From the IMG/VR virus record IMGVR_UViG_3300025518_000032, positions 1-46,951 of that record: DNA of 46,951 nucleotides; one strand, given 5' to 3'. The position numbers and the translations under genes were made by a program. A model generated the notes under the pieces. It had not been told where the DNA came from, did no database searches, and saw only the letters and a list, made by a program, of their open reading frames with translations. Below, in pieces: positions 44,949-46,951 of the stretch (positions are counted from its first letter, which is position 1; every line of letters begins with the position of its first letter). The stretch is from a virus (lineage: Duplodnaviria > Caudoviricetes).

Positions 44949-45820
44949 CGGCCTGGGCCGAGCACGAATTCTCCAATCTCGCTCCCACGACCGCCGCCCG
45001 CTACGCCGATTCGCTCGCCAAGGCGCGCCCGCATCTCGAGCGTTACGCGATCGACGAGATTGACGGGCGCGTCATCGCGGCGCTGATCGCCGCGCGGAAG
45101 GGCGAAGTCTCGCCGGCGACCATCCGACGCGATCTGACGGCCGTTTCCAGCGTGCTGGATTATGCCGAGGAGGAGGGCTGGCGCGAGGGCAACCCGACGC
45201 TGTCGAAGCGCCGCCTGATCAGAGAGCTCCGTGATCCGATTATTTTGCCGCAGCTCGCGGAAATTGATACCATTATTTGCGCCGCGAGCCGCGCCTTTGG
45301 AGCGTTGATCCTCGCGGCTCGACTGACCGGCTGTCGGCAAAACGAACTCGTGACCGTCCCGCGGAAGGGCTTCAATCGCGCCGCTGGCACCCTCGAAGTG
45401 ATCGGCAAGCGGAACAAGCGGCGGGTCATTCCCCTGTCGGTTGAGGCGTCGGCACATATCTCGGCACAGCCCGTCGCGCTTGGCTCGAACCTGATTTTCT
45501 GTCGAGAAGACGGGTCGCCATTCACCCAGGCGGCGTCCGACTTCACACATCTGCGCCGCGCCGTGATCGCGCGCGAGGTCAAAGCCGCGCGCGAATTCAC
45601 CCGTTTTCGCTTTCACGACCTGCGCCATTTCTACGCGGTGGAGTATCTGCGCAATGGCGGATCGATCTACGACCTATCGAAGATCCTTGGCCATACCAGC
45701 GTGAAGACGACGGAGATCTATCTGGAATTCCTCACGCCGGAAGAGGTCGAGCGCGCGAAACGCGGGTCGGCACAAAATGCGGCACATGACCACCGGTTTG
45801 GAGAAGTAGAGTCAGCGTGA
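44756..45820 (+). CDS. int: Tyrosine integrase
   Basis: TGCRQNEL, GKRNKRR, FHDLRH, LGHTSVKTTEIY. Confidence 0.95.
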   Translation: MSEENLYKRGDIWWLRTTIRGVEHRESLRTGDVKTARRLRDRKLEEIKAARWRGERRRPWLEVVTAWAEHEFSNLAPTTAARYADSLAKARPHLERYAIDEIDGRVIAALIAARKGEVSPATIRRDLTAVSSVLDYAEEEGWREGNPTLSKRRLIRELRDPIILPQLAEIDTIICAASRAFGALILAARLTGCRQNELVTVPRKGFNRAAGTLEVIGKRNKRRVIPLSVEASAHISAQPVALGSNLIFCREDGSPFTQAASDFTHLRRAVIAREVKAAREFTRFRFHDLRHFYAVEYLRNGGSIYDLSKILGHTSVKTTEIYLEFLTPEEVERAKRGSAQNAAHDHRFGEVESA

Positions 45821-45869
45821 ACGCCATGCAAAACATAGTGCTGCTTGCGAAGCGCCGCATCAGTTTGAT

Positions 45870-45931
45870 CGGTCTTGAAAACCGGCGTGGGGGCAACTCC
45901 ACCGTGGGTTCGAATCCCACCCCTTCCGCCA
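45870..45931 (+). repeat. attR: 3' part of tRNA-Ser(UGA)
   Basis: CGGTCTTGAAAACCG anticodon arm, long variable arm, GGTTCGAATCCC, ends CCA; 5' acceptor and D arms absent. Confidence 0.88.
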
Positions 45932-46651
45932 TACATTCTTGTAACTTGTTGTTTTAGTTAGCATTTTTACTTTATTTGCGAATGCATCCGCCAATCTACC
46001 CCACAATATTTAGTGGTCGCCGCTGTGCTCAAATGGACGAGCCTGGCCTAGCCTCTTTCCCAGTTTTTCGAACTCCACGTGTCGAAGCGCATGCTCATGA
46101 ATGCACAATCGCGCTAGAAACGAGAGCATCACTGCATATCGTCATTTGGATCTCCAAGTCATAACCGTCCTCAACACTAGGTGCCGCATTATCGTAGGCG
46201 GCTGTCCGGCCGCTCGAATGTTGACGCCTCTTATCCAGGCAGGCTGTCCTCCGGAGAGGAGTTGCTGGAGAGCTTGAGATGGAAGACGTCTAAGACGCAG
46301 CACATTCCGTCGAATTTCTGGTTCATTCCTTGCTGGTCCCATCGCTGAAGAATACAGAGCGACGGCCGTCGAGAACATATCGCGACGGCTATGAAATCCG
46401 GCGCAGAGGCCTCGGAGGAGCGATCATTAGCGCCCCACCAACAACACCATGCCCCCGCTCTTCGTCTGCGTCTTGCGCATTCGCCTCCCGCAGCAACGAT
46501 GGTCGGCTCGCTCGCGTTCGAGATCTCACCGAGGAGTTGCGGCGGACGCAGCGAAGGTTTACGATTTCTGCAATCCGCTGGTGTCGATCTCTCCGCCGGC
46601 GGTAGAAACGCTCCTACCGTCACATCGACAATCGGGGCGTTTTTTTGCGCT

Positions 46652-46951
46652 TCAACCTAACTTAGACGCCAGCACATCAATTTTCTCGATTTTTGGCGAC
46701 TGGGAGAAAAGCTCCGGAGCCTTTGCCGTGAGCGCCTTCGCGACCTCGCCCGCAAGATGAGCATCTCTGCCGGCTGCGTCATGGAAGACGTCAAAAATGC
46801 CGAAAGTGGTGGATGACACTCGGATCGCGAACCACGAGACTGTGCCCGGCTCTGCTTCCACGAGCGGCAGCGCGGATTTCAAGAATGCTGCAACCTCGTG
46901 CTCCTTGCCGATCTTCGCTTCCAGCATCGCCAAGATGCCAAATTTCACCAT
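46652..46951 (-). CDS. Antibiotic biosynthesis monooxygenase (ABM) family protein, host side
   Basis: LEAKIGKE..EPGTVSWFA..FGIFDVF..GRDAHLAG. Confidence 0.85.
   Translation of the reverse strand: MVKFGILAMLEAKIGKEHEVAAFLKSALPLVEAEPGTVSWFAIRVSSTTFGIFDVFHDAAGRDAHLAGEVAKALTAKAPELFSQSPKIEKIDVLASKLG

Larger units (their letters stand above)
1..45931. mobile_element. Lambda-like temperate siphoviral prophage integrated in tRNA-Ser(UGA); left end outside the window
   Basis: Full module order lysis-tail-head-packaging-replication-immunity-accessory-xis-int, followed by a 3' tRNA fragment. Confidence 0.95.

Noticed and set aside
45870-45931. Intact tRNA-Ser gene
   Set aside because: 5' acceptor strand and D arm are missing; it is the att duplicate
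45718-46623. Short ORFs around and after attR
   Set aside because: Antisense to the tRNA fragment or lacking SD and motifs

Overview
Almost the whole window (1 to ~45931) is one temperate, lambda-like siphoviral prophage of a high-GC alphaproteobacterium (GcrA and suhB/MmgR-like sRNA point to Hyphomicrobiales; inference). It is integrated at a tRNA-Ser(UGA): the displaced 3' tRNA half (attR) is at 45870-45931, and attL must lie left of base 1. Reading leftward on the minus strand from the immunity switch: cro, suhB-like sRNA, tRNA-Thr, CII-like, GcrA, HD hydrolase, replication gene with iterons, NusG-type antiterminator, cos-like site, TerS/GpA terminase, portal, protease-capsid fusion, tail genes with a G/GT -1 frameshift, tail fibre, lysis genes, and a sulfotransferase moron. 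On the plus strand: CI, an accessory region, xis and int. Most unusual: (1) a free-standing SGNH O-acetylesterase that is a colinear paralogue of the esterase domain in the phage's own tail fibre, plus a sulfotransferase moron (candidate receptor-remodelling/exclusion system); (2) a translationally coupled chain of 23-39 aa membrane micro-ORFs in the lysis cassette; (3) a CI lacking its autocleavage Lys and Ala-Gly site; (4) gene insertions that left duplicated C-terminal relics. All family calls come from motifs recognised by eye, not from database searches.
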